A stretch of 64,000 nt of DNA from Eledone cirrhosa (Eukaryota). The stretch covers positions 250,046,001-250,110,000 of the forward strand of contig OZ024740.1 of assembly GCA_964016885.1 (NCBI GenBank), written 5' to 3'. The translations under genes and the position numbers were made by a program. Below are positions 52,318-64,000 of the stretch, piece by piece (within the stretch, counting starts at the first letter, position 1; the number at the start of each line of letters is the position of its first letter). Under the pieces are notes generated by a model that did not search any database, was not told where the DNA came from, and worked only from the letters and a program-made list of their open reading frames with translations.

Positions 52318-53161
52318 CTAGCAGAATGGCCCGGCGTTGCTCGGGATTCTAAACATAGATTGGTATGTTTATCCCTCCTTTCTGAAACAGTACAGAGAAG
52401 TACGGAATACCTCGGCCTGGGGATTTTGTGCTTATAAAAAAAATTTGTCGTAGATTACCAAAGGTTTAACTTAATTGGGTGCCTGAGAGTAAAATGTTCA
52501 ACCCACGAAAGCCAAGACGATAGGGTTAAGTAAAAAGGCATTCGACAAACCGAACATCTATTTGTTGTGCCATGGTACAATGAAAACAATAGTTACAGAG
52601 CAGTAAGCATGTGGGACTGCAGTGGTGGAGAGCATGAAGGAATTTAGTTGGATACTTTTAAGGTTACAGGCCCTAACACAACCAAAATGCTAAACAATGC
52701 GGTCCCCGGGCAAAAATTTATATTTTTCAGTCAAGAAAATTTGTGAAACATAAGTAATGTATATGCAAAGTTTTAAAAAAATCAGTTGGGTACTTCTCGA
52801 GTTACAGGCCTTAACGCAACCAAAATGCTTTTAAAAATCAGTTTTTACACCTAATGCGGTCCCTGGGGCAAAAAATGAGAAAATCATTTTTGCTCAAAAC
52901 ACTTTAAACGACATAAGTAATGCAAATTTTGAAGAAATTGCTTGGATTATTGTTCCGTTATGCCTCAAAAAAGCCTTTAAAGCCTAAAATATGCAGTTTT
53001 TAGCCTAATGCTGTCCCTAGGGCATTGAAAATTTGAAATACTTTTTGCTCAAAACACTCACATGACCATAAGTATTACATGTGTAAAGTTTGAAAAAAAT
53101 CGGTTGGGTGGTTCTCGAGTTTTAAGGGACAGGCAGACATTCTCTGTTTTAGATATATAGA
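52318..53161 (-). mobile_element. Non-autonomous Helitron
   Basis: A|TC start at 53161, hairpin cccgagcaacgccggg then CTAG|T at 52318; internal ~180-bp imperfect direct repeats. Confidence 0.88.
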
Positions 53162-54145
53162 TAATGGTGAATTGAATCAGAGTATGTGCGAGGTTTATAG
53201 ATAGCCAGAACTTCATATTCTTTACATTTACAAGAAGGAAGATAAAATGCTACTGTATATTTTAGAGCAAAAGTAAACAGCAGAGGTATAGAATTTATTT
53301 AACAGTTTTTACTTAGATGTTGTGATGGCCATGGCTTATGACAAATGAGTATAAAATATATCTTCTTTCTTTTCTTTTATCCCGTAACTCATGAGGGATG
53401 CCACATTGACATACATTCTAGCGTATTTTTTGAAACCTGGTGGAGTCCATCTCCTCTCCAGGCCTGAATACAACAGATTTCTTCCAGAGAAACATAGAGT
53501 GAGAGAATGAGAAAGAGATACAGAATAAAAAGCGAGCCCAGTATTATACTGGTACGTTTTTATCAGCCTTGAATGGATGAAAGTTGACTTCAGAGGGATT
53601 TTAACTCAGAGAGCAGAAACGAATATCGCAAAGCATTCTACCTGACATTCTATCAACTCTACCAATTCGCTGCCTAAAATATATTGTAACAGCATAAAAT
53701 CTTTACTGTTGCATTTTAAGTTGTTTTGTCTGTTACTCTTCTTACATACAGACCCTTATGGTTTCATATATGATAAAGGAATATATTAAAGATGGACTAT
53801 TTATGTTATGAACCTCAACATGTTTTCATATATGAGAAAAGAGTTTATTAAAAGGGATCCAAGGACTGTTTGTGTTATTTTGGGGATCTAAAACACCAGG
53901 AATTACAGACAGATTATATTTTCTAACCTCTGATGTGTGATATGTTTGGGGGAGCTGGGCCACTGATAATGAAGGTCTCGTCATTGTTGGCAGTTCGTCT
54001 TACTGACATATCAGGTGATGCTCATAAGTAATGCTGCAAGTGTGTTGGTTTGCCTAAAACATTATTAGATGGAAAGTTCAGCATTCTTTGTATGTGATTG
54101 AGAATGCTTGTGGGAAAATTCAACCCTTTCAATAATAACTCATAT

Positions 54146-54197
<52 letters not shown>

Positions 54198-54223
54198 GCT
54201 GCTACTGCTACTACTACTACTAC
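54146..54223. repeat. (TAC)n microsatellite next to the ZF exon donor
   Basis: About 25 triplets with a few TGC interruptions. Confidence 0.95.
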
Positions 54224-54249
54224 AGAAAGTATTTTAGAATTTATCTTAC

Positions 54250-55742
54250 CGTGCATTTATTTGGCTTCTCTCCTGAATGTACCCTCATGTGTATCAAAAG
54301 TTTGTATCTAGCATTAAAGGGCTTCAATCTGCGTTGACAGCCCTGCCAGAAACATGTGAAGTCTTCAGCTTTCCGTTGATCAATGTGTACTTTTTCAATA
54401 TGTCGTACAAGTTCGTCTTGCTCAGTGAACAGGGAATTGCAATCAATCCACTTGCAAATTTGTTTTTTCTCTCCATCTTCAAAATATTCAGCTTTTACAG
54501 TTAAGTTTGATGATGATTGAAGACTCGCAGCAGCCAATGGAAGCCCAATTTGTTGCTTCAGTTTTTGTTCATGTAGGGCTTGTGCATAAGATGGAGGTGG
54601 GCGTATGTGCATTGTCCCTGTGTCATTAATATTTACTGAGGTTGGGATATCAGTAGGGGGCTTAGTGTCTAGGTCAGTGTTGATGTTTGTTGTCATGTTG
54701 TTGTTATGGTTATGGATCTGCACATTAAAGTTGCTACTTGAGAAAGGCACTGAGAACTGCTCGGTGTCTAATGTAGTCATGCGCTGATTGCTGTACATCT
54801 GCTCCACATAAGCAACTTGGTCTTGAGGAATAACCAGCTGGTTTCTCATGAAAAGATCTTTGCTATCATTTGAGAGCGGTAACAGATAATTCTCAAGGCT
54901 ACTTAAACCAACGTTTGAGTCAATTTCTTTCTTTATTCCATAAGATATTCCTTGTGGGGCATAGCTGAAGTTACGGCTACCAGAAGAGCCTGATCCTGAG
55001 TTGGGTGTTCCACAACTCCGAGCTGATAAATGCCCAATATGCTGAGGAGAGAAACTCGCTGACGAAATTCTTGATCCATTGAGGCAAGCCACCAATGAAG
55101 TTGGAGATGTTCTAATCAAAGTTGTAAGTTCAACCCCATCTATTGACAAAGGTGATGTTGTTTTGCCAGAAAGACGTGAGCTCATGTTGGCTGAGTGTCT
55201 TGGACTATTACTGAATGAAAATGGTGTCGGAGAATTTTCCACAAAGTAAGGGGACAAAGATTTCGAACTATCGCATAGCATTTGTTGAGTGTCACCACCT
55301 ATTAATAAGTTGACAGTGTAAGGAAGCTCATTCGTGTTGTGAGAACTGGAGTTGGCTGACTGTGACTCTATTTTGTTGTTGTTGCCATTGTTGTTGTCAT
55401 TAACATTATTGTCAACTTGAAATAGAGAGGATTCTAGGAAAGTATTTTTATCTACAATACTGTTGTTGTTTATAATGTTTTGGGTTGTGTGTCCTGTTGA
55501 TCGGTTACTAACACCAAAATATTGTGATGAGGACTGTGACAGCAAATTATCTCTTAGTGTTGACCGTATGCTTGAAATTTCACTTGGAGTTGAAGGATGG
55601 TTCTCCAAAATGGGCCCTGATAGGAAACTACTTGAATTTAGGCTTTTGTTTAGAGGTTCTAAACGCACTGCATTAAAACTGAGGTTTGGACTGCTTTGTC
55701 GAACATTCAGACTTATACATTGTGGTCCATACAAAGCTCCAT
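54250..55742 (-). CDS. GLIS1/3: GLIS1/3 large exon: conserved N-terminal block, PPxY motif, ZF1, ZF2 and start of ZF3
   Basis: Acceptor ttttccag|AT, donor ACG|gtaaga. Encodes SPLSIDGVELTTLIRTSPTSLV, CKWIDC..HIEKVHIDQRKAEDFTCFWQGCQRRLKPFNARYKLLIHMRVHSGEKPNKCT, diagnostic of GLIS1/3 rather than GLI, ZIC or GLIS2. Confidence 0.97.
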
Positions 55743-55797
55743 CTGGAAAATATTACACAAAATGGGAACAGAAATAAGGAATGTTGACATTTATAAA

Positions 55798-55972
55798 TAA
55801 TTGTTTCTACTTTAGGCACAAGGCCAGCAATTACCCAGTGCATTACTAGTACTTTATTTTATCGACCCCGTAAGGATGAAAGGCAAAGTCAACCTCGGCG
55901 GGATTTGAACTCAGATCGTAAAAGGATGTAACTATGCTGGAAAGCATGGCGTCCGACCCTCTACCGATACTG
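55798..55972 (-). mobile_element. SINE family A in the short GLIS intron
   Basis: Matches family A; starts about 55 nt from the 55743 acceptor. Confidence 0.9.
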
Positions 55973-56339
55973 AATGGTTTCTTTATTATATTATAATATT
56001 TATTTTTTATAGATTTATTCAACGTTATTTAATGTTTTTAACCCTGTAATAAAATGGACCTCTATCAGATTCTACGATGAGTGTTCCAGTTGTTATTAAT
56101 GTTGCTTAGTCCTAGGTCAGCCTTGATCTCGCAGACCTAGGTTCAAAGATATTCTAATTATTACAATCTCATCTTTTTTTCTGACATTATCCAATATATT
56201 CTTCATTATTTAAAACAGTGGGATTTTATTTGTGAGAATTTTACTGCTATTTTCTGCACGATGAATGACTACATCAAGAGTTCTTTGTTAGCTCAGGAGA
56301 AAAAGGCCACATGCTGATAGGAAAGAAAAGTATACTTAC

Positions 56340-56682
56340 TGTTTTTGTTAAGTCGAGAGCAAGAATTTGATTGTAATAAGGAGCTGGATACAGTGTAAAC
56401 ATTGCTTTCAGTTGTTTGCTGTGTAGTACAGGGCATATTTTGCACAGGATCTCTGGTTGTAGTCATCAATTTGCTACAGTCTGGAATCCTGCGAGATGTC
56501 TTCAGAGGTGGCAACTGCACTGATTTCTCAGTTGGCTGTAGAACTGGTTGTGTCTGGTTGCAGCTTGCTGGCTGTGGGGTTTCTGACTGAATCCTGAGTG
56601 TTGGGATGTGCATATTTACTCGATTATTTGTCTCTCCTTTAGAAGAGATTCCACCTGGGTTGTATAGGTTCAGTCCACTCAT
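56340..56682 (-). CDS. GLIS1/3: GLIS1/3-family zinc-finger transcription factor, first coding exon in window
   Basis: ATG at 56682, with a candidate acceptor tgatgcag 4 nt upstream. HIPTLRIQSETP resembles vertebrate GLIS3 HIPAIRAHSGTP (recalled). Donor A|gtaagt at 56339, phase 1, matches next exon. Confidence 0.82.
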
Positions 56683-57149
56683 ATTTCTGCATCATAAATT
56701 AGAAATTAATAAATAACATGATATTTTTTAAAACATTTGTTACAGACATCATCATGCACATCATGCTTGACATATATAGCATTGTTATAGGAAAATTACT
56801 CTATAGACAGAATCATATGAGTAGTTATGTTCTGATGAGAAGACAATAATCTCCAAAATGTATAATGTTTTTTCTGAGTACAGAGGAATAGTGGGAGAGT
56901 TTACACCTCAGTCTATTCACAGCAAAAGCTTCTATTTAAAAAAATTATTATGTTGACATTAAATTTAACTTAAATATTGTAATATATGCTGTGTTCTAAC
57001 GTAAATAATTAATTATACTGCCAAACGTATGCATATCATACGGAGGAGACCTTTTTGGTGCAGCATTCTACAAGTAGAGACCCTTCATGATGCCATGCCA
57101 TTTTTCAAATTTAAATGTGTTGGCATCATGAAGGTAAATGGAGTGAACG

Positions 57150-60070
57150 CAACAATCGTTAAACTCAGAGTAGTCCTAAATAGAACGATGACCACAATTA
57201 TATCTACATCAGGGTTGTCAGACGAACTCAAAGATAGGTTTTATGAATCCCTAATGCACACTACAGCACTAAAGAATGATAGCAACTTACTAATCATGGA
57301 GGACTTTAATGGACATGTTGAGAAACACTGTGATGGCTTCTACAGAGTCCATGGAGGCTACGGGTTTAGCGCAAGAAATAAAGAAGGTTTCAGGCTCCTA
57401 GAATTCTGCAACACCAATGACCTATCGATATGCCACACAAACTTAAAAAAACTTGACAACCACCTGATCACCTATAGATCTGGTGAACATGCTAGCCAAA
57501 TAGATTTTATCCTTACCAAAGGGATAGAGTGTTGGTGGTAAACATGAAGTCCTTCCCTGGTGCGGAATGCACCTCCTAACACAACCTAGTAGTTAGCGAC
57601 TTCACGGTTAGAGCAAGGTGAACAGGGAGACAGAGGCCGATCTGGAGGTGCAGGATATGGAAGCTAAAAGATCCCCCTGCCAGTATCAGATTTAGAGATA
57701 TTCTGCTTGACACCTATGTCAGTAAAGAAGAACAGGTAGAGACATTCAATATAGAAGAGCAGTGGGAGTTCCTGAAAGATAATCTACTGAAGGCAACAGA
57801 TGAGATCTGTGGATGGAGCATAACTTCAGGGAAAAGGAGAATGATTTGGTGGTGGAACAATAAGGTAGATATGACAATTAAGGCCAAGAGATAGGCATGG
57901 AAATAACAACATAGAGGCCAGGAGGGATGCTAGACGACATGTATACTTAGCAAGAAGGGAAGTGGAGGATAAAAAAATTCAAGCATGTTTTGCAGTGTGA
58001 GGACCAGAAGCAGGAAATGTTAAGGATTGTGAGGCAGTGTGTTAGAGAAAATTGTGATGTCATTGGTGAGAAGTGTATCCGGGATGATAAAGGCACACTT
58101 GCCCTCACAGGTGCATGGAAGAGCTATTATTGAAGATTACTGAATGAGGAGAATGCATGGGAGAAAGAGACCCTACTCCAAGTGGACCCCAGTAAGGGCC
58201 CAGCCAAACAAGTCAGCAGCAGTGTAATAGATAAGGCAATTAAGGATATGAAGACCGGGAAAGCAGTCAATCCATCAGGAATTGTTTCTGAGATGCTGAA
58301 AGCATCTGGGTTGGTAGGTCACACAAAACCATATGTATTGTAAACCAAGTATTACTAGATGGCATTATACTGAATGATTGGCACAGCAGCATCATTGTCA
58401 ACTGCTACAAGGGTAAAGGAGATGCACTAGATAGAGGAAACTATAGTGGAATCAAGCTGATGGACCAAGTCATGAAAGTAACAAATATTTATAGCTGATT
58501 AGAGACTGGGTAAATCTAGATGAGATGCAGTTCAGGTTTGTACCAGGCAAAAACACCACAGATGCTCTCTTCCTGGGAAGCAATTACAGGAAAAGTTCCA
58601 AGCTAAAAGTAAACTGCTCTACCTGGGGTTTGTTGATCTAGAAAAAGAATTCAACAGAGTACCCCGTGCCATAATCTGGTGGGCTCTTAGAAAACTAGGA
58701 GTAGATGAGTGGCTTGTAAAGGCCGTACAAGCCATGTATAAGGAAGCAGTCAACTAAGTAAGGATTAACAATGACTATACCGAGGAATTTAGCATACAGG
58801 TTGGCATCCACCAGGGCTCTGTTCTTAGCCCTCTCCTGTTTATTATCATACTACAAGTGATAACAGAGGAATTTAAGACTGGATGCCCATGGGAACTCCT
58901 GTACGCAGATGATCTTACACTCATAGTGGAATCTATGGTGGAACTGGAGATGACATTCCAAACATGGAAGCAATGCCTAGAAAAAAGAGGTCTTAAAGTC
59001 AAGCTGACAAAGACTAAGGTCCTCGTAAGTAGAAGAGAAAACAAAACCCAGATCTCCTCAGGTAAATGGCCTTGCTCAGTATGTCGGAAATGTGTAGGTA
59101 GAAATTCCATCCTCGGTAGAAACAGTAGACAGTTTCTACTACTTAGGTGACCAAATTAGCAGCGGAGGTGAGTGTCTGAAGGTATAGTAGCCAGGGTGAG
59201 AACGGGATGGAAGAAGTTCAGGGAGCTACAAAAGACTTTTCCCTCAAAATGAAAGGCAGACTGTATGATGTGTGCATATGAACAGCAGTGTTGCATGGTA
59301 GTGAGTCCTGGGTGCTGTGTGCAGAAGACCTATGTAGATTGGAAAGAAATGAACCCTGCATGCTCCGATGGATGTATAACAGTAATATACATGAACGGCA
59401 AAGCATAAAAGAACTGAGAGAGAAACTAGGCATAAGAGGAATCAAATTCTGTGTGCAGGAGAGGAGATTACATTGGTATGGACATGTGATGTGTATGAAG
59501 GATGACAGCTGTATAAAAAGGTGCAGAGCACTCAAAGTCGATGGAAGCCTTGGAGTGGGGAGGCCCAGGAAGACTTGGGATGAGATGATAAAAGCTGACC
59601 TTGCCCAATGAAGCTTCCAGGCCACACTGTAAAGTGGTTGTGTAGGTGTCATGGCAAAAAACACCCAGCCCACACTATAAATTGGTCTTGTAGGTGTCAT
59701 GGCAAAAAGCTCCCTGTCCATGCTGTAAAGTGGTCGTGTTTCGAAAAACCGTCCAGCCCACACTGTAAAGTGGTTGTGTAGGTGTCAGGGCAAATAGCAC
59801 CCAGTCCACACTATAAAGTGGTCATTTTTGGCAAAAGTGCCCAGTCCACACTGTAAAGTGGTCGTGTAGGCATCACAACAAAAAGCCCCCAGTACTCACT
59901 GTAAATGAGGTTGGTGCCAGGAAGGGCATCAATCTGTAGAAATCAAGTCAAAATTGGTTCTGTATGAGCATGACATGGTCACCTGACTTAGCATTGGTCA
60001 CAACAGGATAACTCGTCTAACCCATGCTAGTGTGGAAAAATTGGCATTAAACAGTGATGATGATGATGAT
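57150..60070 (+). mobile_element. Near full-length decayed RTE LINE with VNTR in the 3' UTR
   Basis: DFNGHV..RNKEGFRLLEFC..SQIDFIL (APE), LLYADDL, RLHWYGHVM, (gat)n tail; multiple stops. Confidence 0.93.
59622..59893 (+). repeat. Six imperfect 40-48 bp tandem units in the RTE 3' UTR
   Basis: Units begin ccacactgtaaagtgg at about 59622, 59670, 59718, 59758, 59806 and 59846. Confidence 0.9.
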
Positions 60071-61942
60071 ATGGTCCTTGTTCCACTGAAATTGGTACAT
60101 TCAACTGTTGGACTGTGAACATTGTTTATGTAAGACATCAACAAATGTCACCAACTGCCCATGTGTTGTCATTGTGCAGCCTGGGAGAAACAAGCACTCA
60201 CACATACACAAACACATACATGCCTGTTCAAACAGATGCATGCACATGTACATATTCATCTCCCATGCACACACACACACGCACTCTTAGTTTCTGCATA
60301 GATTTTGTCTATCAATTTCATTCACAAGGCATTGATCACAAGATACCTGTCTAAAGTGCCACACAATCATCATAACCATTATCGTTTAACGTCCATTTTC
60401 CATACTAGTATGGGTGGGACTCAAATCAAACCCCAAACTACATGGTTGCAAAGTAAACTTCTTAACCACAGAACTCTGCTTGTGACTTATATCCCTCTGA
60501 AAACTATCAAATGTCATTTGATCATCAAAGTTTAAGAAATGTTGAAGTTGATTACTGTGTATATGTGACTAATTCAGAAATCCAACTGATGAAAACATTT
60601 TCTTAAATACTTTGAATATAATTTTTATTTAGTTTCAAGCAGTTTCCTGTAAAGCTGGTAATAGGCTTAGGCTGGGTATAAAATGTTAGCCCCATTTGAA
60701 ACTGTTAGCTGAGCCAAATTAGATATAAAATGTTAGCCCCATTTAGAATGATTTACACAAAAAAAGATCATTTTTTATGAAAGGGTCTTCTAAATCATAG
60801 TCCCATACTAATTGGGTGGAGGACCATGTCGCATTGAAAAACATTTCATTTTTGGCATGATTTTTATGGATAAATGTCCTTAATGCCAACCACTTTATAT
60901 AGTTAGAGTGAGTTGGGTGTATTTCATCATGGCACCATCATTAGAGAGGTTGTCATGTCCTCAGTAAGACAAAAAGGACTTTTCAATCCCACATTGTTTC
61001 TGTTTGTTTGCCAACCACTGGGTGCATACTGGGTGCATTTTATAGTAGCACTAGCATGAGTGAGTTTGTCTTGTATCATGCAAGACAATAATACAAATGT
61101 AATACAAATTACTAAAATGTACTATATTTCAGGGTTAAGGCTTATTTATTTATAAAATATTCTGATTTTTTTTAGCTATTGCTTTTTTTAGAATCAATAA
61201 ATCCTTTGAAGAAGAAAATAAAAAAGGGGGTTGTAGGGTTATAGTAAAGGAATTGACAATTGAGCTACTAGATTTATGAAGAGCCCCCACACCTCATTTG
61301 GTTTTGTGAAAATTGTTTTCAAAATGGTTTTGGATTATTGAAACAACTACTAGCAAATTGGCAAATAAATGAAACCAGTGTATTTAATAAAAACAAATTC
61401 TAAAAAAATGAAAAATGAATGAAAAAAAAAAGAAATGAAAGAAAAATATTGGGCAAAAAATATTTAGATAGTAATAAGATTGAAATTTGTCCCCTCACCA
61501 TCTATTCTTTCTCTTCCTTCCACCTTCACCTTGTCTCATTCACACAATCTGATCTACTTTTGACACAAGTGCTTTGTCATAGAGAGGCTTTTAGGAAGTG
61601 GTGGTTGTAGTAGTGGTGGGGTAATACTTTGAAAATGAGTTGCCAGGTGAGAAGGAAGTTTTCTACTTGCTGTAACATGATTGTAGGAAATGTTTGTATT
61701 CTGACTACTCAGGACTTACTAACAACAATAACACTGACGACAACTACAACAGTAACAAAAGCTTGCAAATATAATAATAATTAAACAAAAACTCTGGTTA
61801 GCTAATTGAAGTAATTGTTTCTGTCAAAGCAATAAAGATAAAGGACAGTCATTAAAAAGTTGGGAGCCCATCAATCTGATTATATAAAGTCTACAGAATG
61901 AATATTTCTCTCCTTTTTTTTTTTTTTATGTTAGAATAGTCA

Positions 61943-61996
61943 ATTACTATTTCTGGTACTGAAAACTATTCAGTTTTCAGTACCAGAAATAGTAAT
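61943..61996. repeat. Perfect 25-bp inverted repeat with 4-nt loop
   Basis: attactatttctggtactgaaaact-attc-agttttcagtaccagaaatagtaat. Confidence 0.95.
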
Positions 61997-62099
61997 GAAC
62001 AAAAAAGGAAAATGTAATGATTTTAACATAAATTTCTGAAATAAAGAATTATCATTATTTTTTTAAATATAAACAATGGTTTATTTACAATAGCTTAGA

Positions 62100-64000
62100 A
62101 CTTTGCCTATTAATCCGTATGGTGAGCAAATGGGGTCCCACGTGCTGGCCTACCCACAGCCCTGGCAGACAGGATGGAGAAGGCGTTTCCCCGGAGGATG
62201 GTAAGGGAGATGCACTGGAAGAGCCATTCCAACTCGCGAGGCTCACACCTGCGGCTGGCTAGCTCAGCACCTAGGGTGGAGAATAGGGAGGTAGCCCTAA
62301 GGCCAAGGGCACCAGAAGTCTCCACTGCCAAGGGCACAACTGGTACTTGGAGAGTTTGGCCTCCTCAGCCCGACGTGCAGCAGTACCTGAGTTAGTCGCA
62401 GACTGCACCAGGTTGTGGCGGGAGAAAGTGTTGCTGCAAGTGGAATCCCAGACAAGAGGTTTGCCACCACGGAACGGGAAGATGGTCATACTGTCTGGCC
62501 TTTTGCCATCCCCTCAGTCCAGCCCTACCGGGTCGAGCTGGGAGGGGAAGCCTGCAGTGTCCAAGCCATGCTTAATGACCTCGTTGAGGGCAGCATGGCG
62601 TATGGCAACAGGAAAGTGGGTGGAGTCCGAAAGAGTGCACGGTGGATCAACAGCGACATTTATGTGGCTCGCAGATCCGGAGTCCAAGCCTCATGGAAAC
62701 GCCAATGCGCAGGCTATCGTAATCCAGCTGTGTGCCAGTGGAGAAGGAGGGCAAAGCAGTGGGTTTGGAAGCCGCGCGAAAAAAGCAAGGCGGTGCTGGT
62801 CAAGCTGGCGCGCTCCTGTCTGAGGCCAGGCTGCACTGCATAGCATCCCATATGCTTTGGGGGGACTTGACGTCAGCAAGAGGAGAAGGAGGAGGGACGT
62901 CTATCGGGCTAAGTCCCAGCCTGTCCCACGTCTCACAGGCGACCTCACGTTCCCTGAACACAGAGGGTTCTATTGTGTTTTGTAGAACCCTGCTGACGAG
63001 GACGCGGCATGAGGTTATTGATGAAAGAAACGCCGGCAACGCCAGTGAGATCGGGGACCGGAGGCCAAGGTGGCCATATCTGACAGGTGGCCTGTTGCCA
63101 TCCAATGTCGTCAAACCTGACGTTGCATATCTCCTGAGCTGCCGCTCGGATACAAGTAGAGATGTCTGGCTGAAGCACGGAGTGTTGCGAAGGGTATAAA
63201 GGAGCTTCGGACTGGCAAAGCAGTTCTTCAACAGGAAGAGAGCTGGGTGGCCGTCGATCAAGCCCAGTCAGCTCGTGAGGGTCTGGAATTGTTGTTGCCT
63301 GGACCTGATGGTGGAGCAGATGGCCGGTGGGTGGATCGGTGACCCGAGGATGAGGACATCCTATTTGGGGGTCACCTGTACCTGGTGCAGAATGGACCAC
63401 ACGTCCAAGACGGAGGCTGCAAAGCTCTCAGCATCATAACTGACATTCACCACTTCCGACTTGGACGAGTTGACCTGGAGGCCGATTCCCGCCAGGGCAA
63501 GAACCACCAATTGTAGGTCATGGTAGACAGTCTCTACGGACCCGCCCAACGTAGCATCATCCAGATACCAAACGTTGAGAGGGGCCATGATACTCTGAGT
63601 AATGTGGTCTATACCAAAGGCAATCAGGAGAGGGCCCAAAGGGTTGCCCTGTTGGACCCCAGTAGCCAAAGGTATGACCGTGTCAGCAGCAAGGAGCATG
63701 CTCGGGGCTCCATATGACAAGTAGGCCAGCGGGTAGGCGGAAAGGGCTTGGCTGAAGCAGGCATTGAGCAGATGGTCCTGGCGTAAGCAGTTAAGGGCAT
63801 TCCTCATGTCAAGCTTGACAATGATGTGCATGGAGTCCCTGGATGCCGGTTACGGTGGGCAGCTATTGAAGAACTGCCTGGTTGCATGTGCGGCCCCCTC
63901 ACAGCCACCGGACATGCTGACACCCAGTTGCACCAGATTGAACTCCTCACCCAGTTCAGGTGTGATGGACCTGCAGACCACCTTAGCAGCCAGCTTCCAG
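62100..64000 (-). mobile_element. CRE-like RT + RLE non-LTR retrotransposon, frameshifted, runs off window
   Basis: QLGVS, KLDMRNALN, GVQQGNPLGPLL, WYLDDATL, RPD..T..P...GKPLVWD, PLAVETSGALG; GC-rich relative to flanks. Confidence 0.88.

Noticed and set aside
54241-55734. GLI/cubitus interruptus or ZIC identity
   Set aside because: Finger sequences ([34 protein letters not shown]) are GLIS1/3-type; GLI has FKAQYMLVVH and NASDRAKHQNRTH.
56826-56870. Hammerhead candidate CTGATGAG...AAAA
   Set aside because: GAAA is mutated, stem II is mismatched and there is no stem I.
59622-59893. CRISPR-like repeat/spacer appearance
   Set aside because: The 'spacers' are homologous to each other, there are no cas genes, and the array is part of an RTE 3' UTR in a eukaryotic intron-rich locus.

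Overview
AT-rich, repeat-dense animal DNA, most likely octopus (inferred from SINE families I recognise and (ATC)n-tailed RTE LINEs). One host gene dominates: a minus-strand GLIS1/3-family five-C2H2 zinc-finger transcription factor. I reconstructed 8 coding exons (56682->473, 2803 nt, about 934 codons) with GT/AG sites and matching phases; the last exon probably lies left of the window. Introns (largest 34.8 kb and 14.6 kb) are packed with decayed mobile DNA: RTE, Tx1/L1, R4/Dong-like and CRE-like LINEs, Penelope-like elements, hAT and pogo remnants, four Helitrons, a solo LTR, three SINE families and many foldbacks. Most notable: a 600-bp cluster of minimal type-I hammerhead ribozyme motifs (one near-canonical at 20778-20849, two in the arms of a foldback), a SINE chimeric for two RTE 3' ends, a Tyr-to-Ile change in the GLIS SUFU-binding motif, and inverted SINE pairs bracketing zinc-finger exons. 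No CRISPR or prokaryotic system. Nothing here is shown to be a new biological system; coordinates of decayed elements are approximate.
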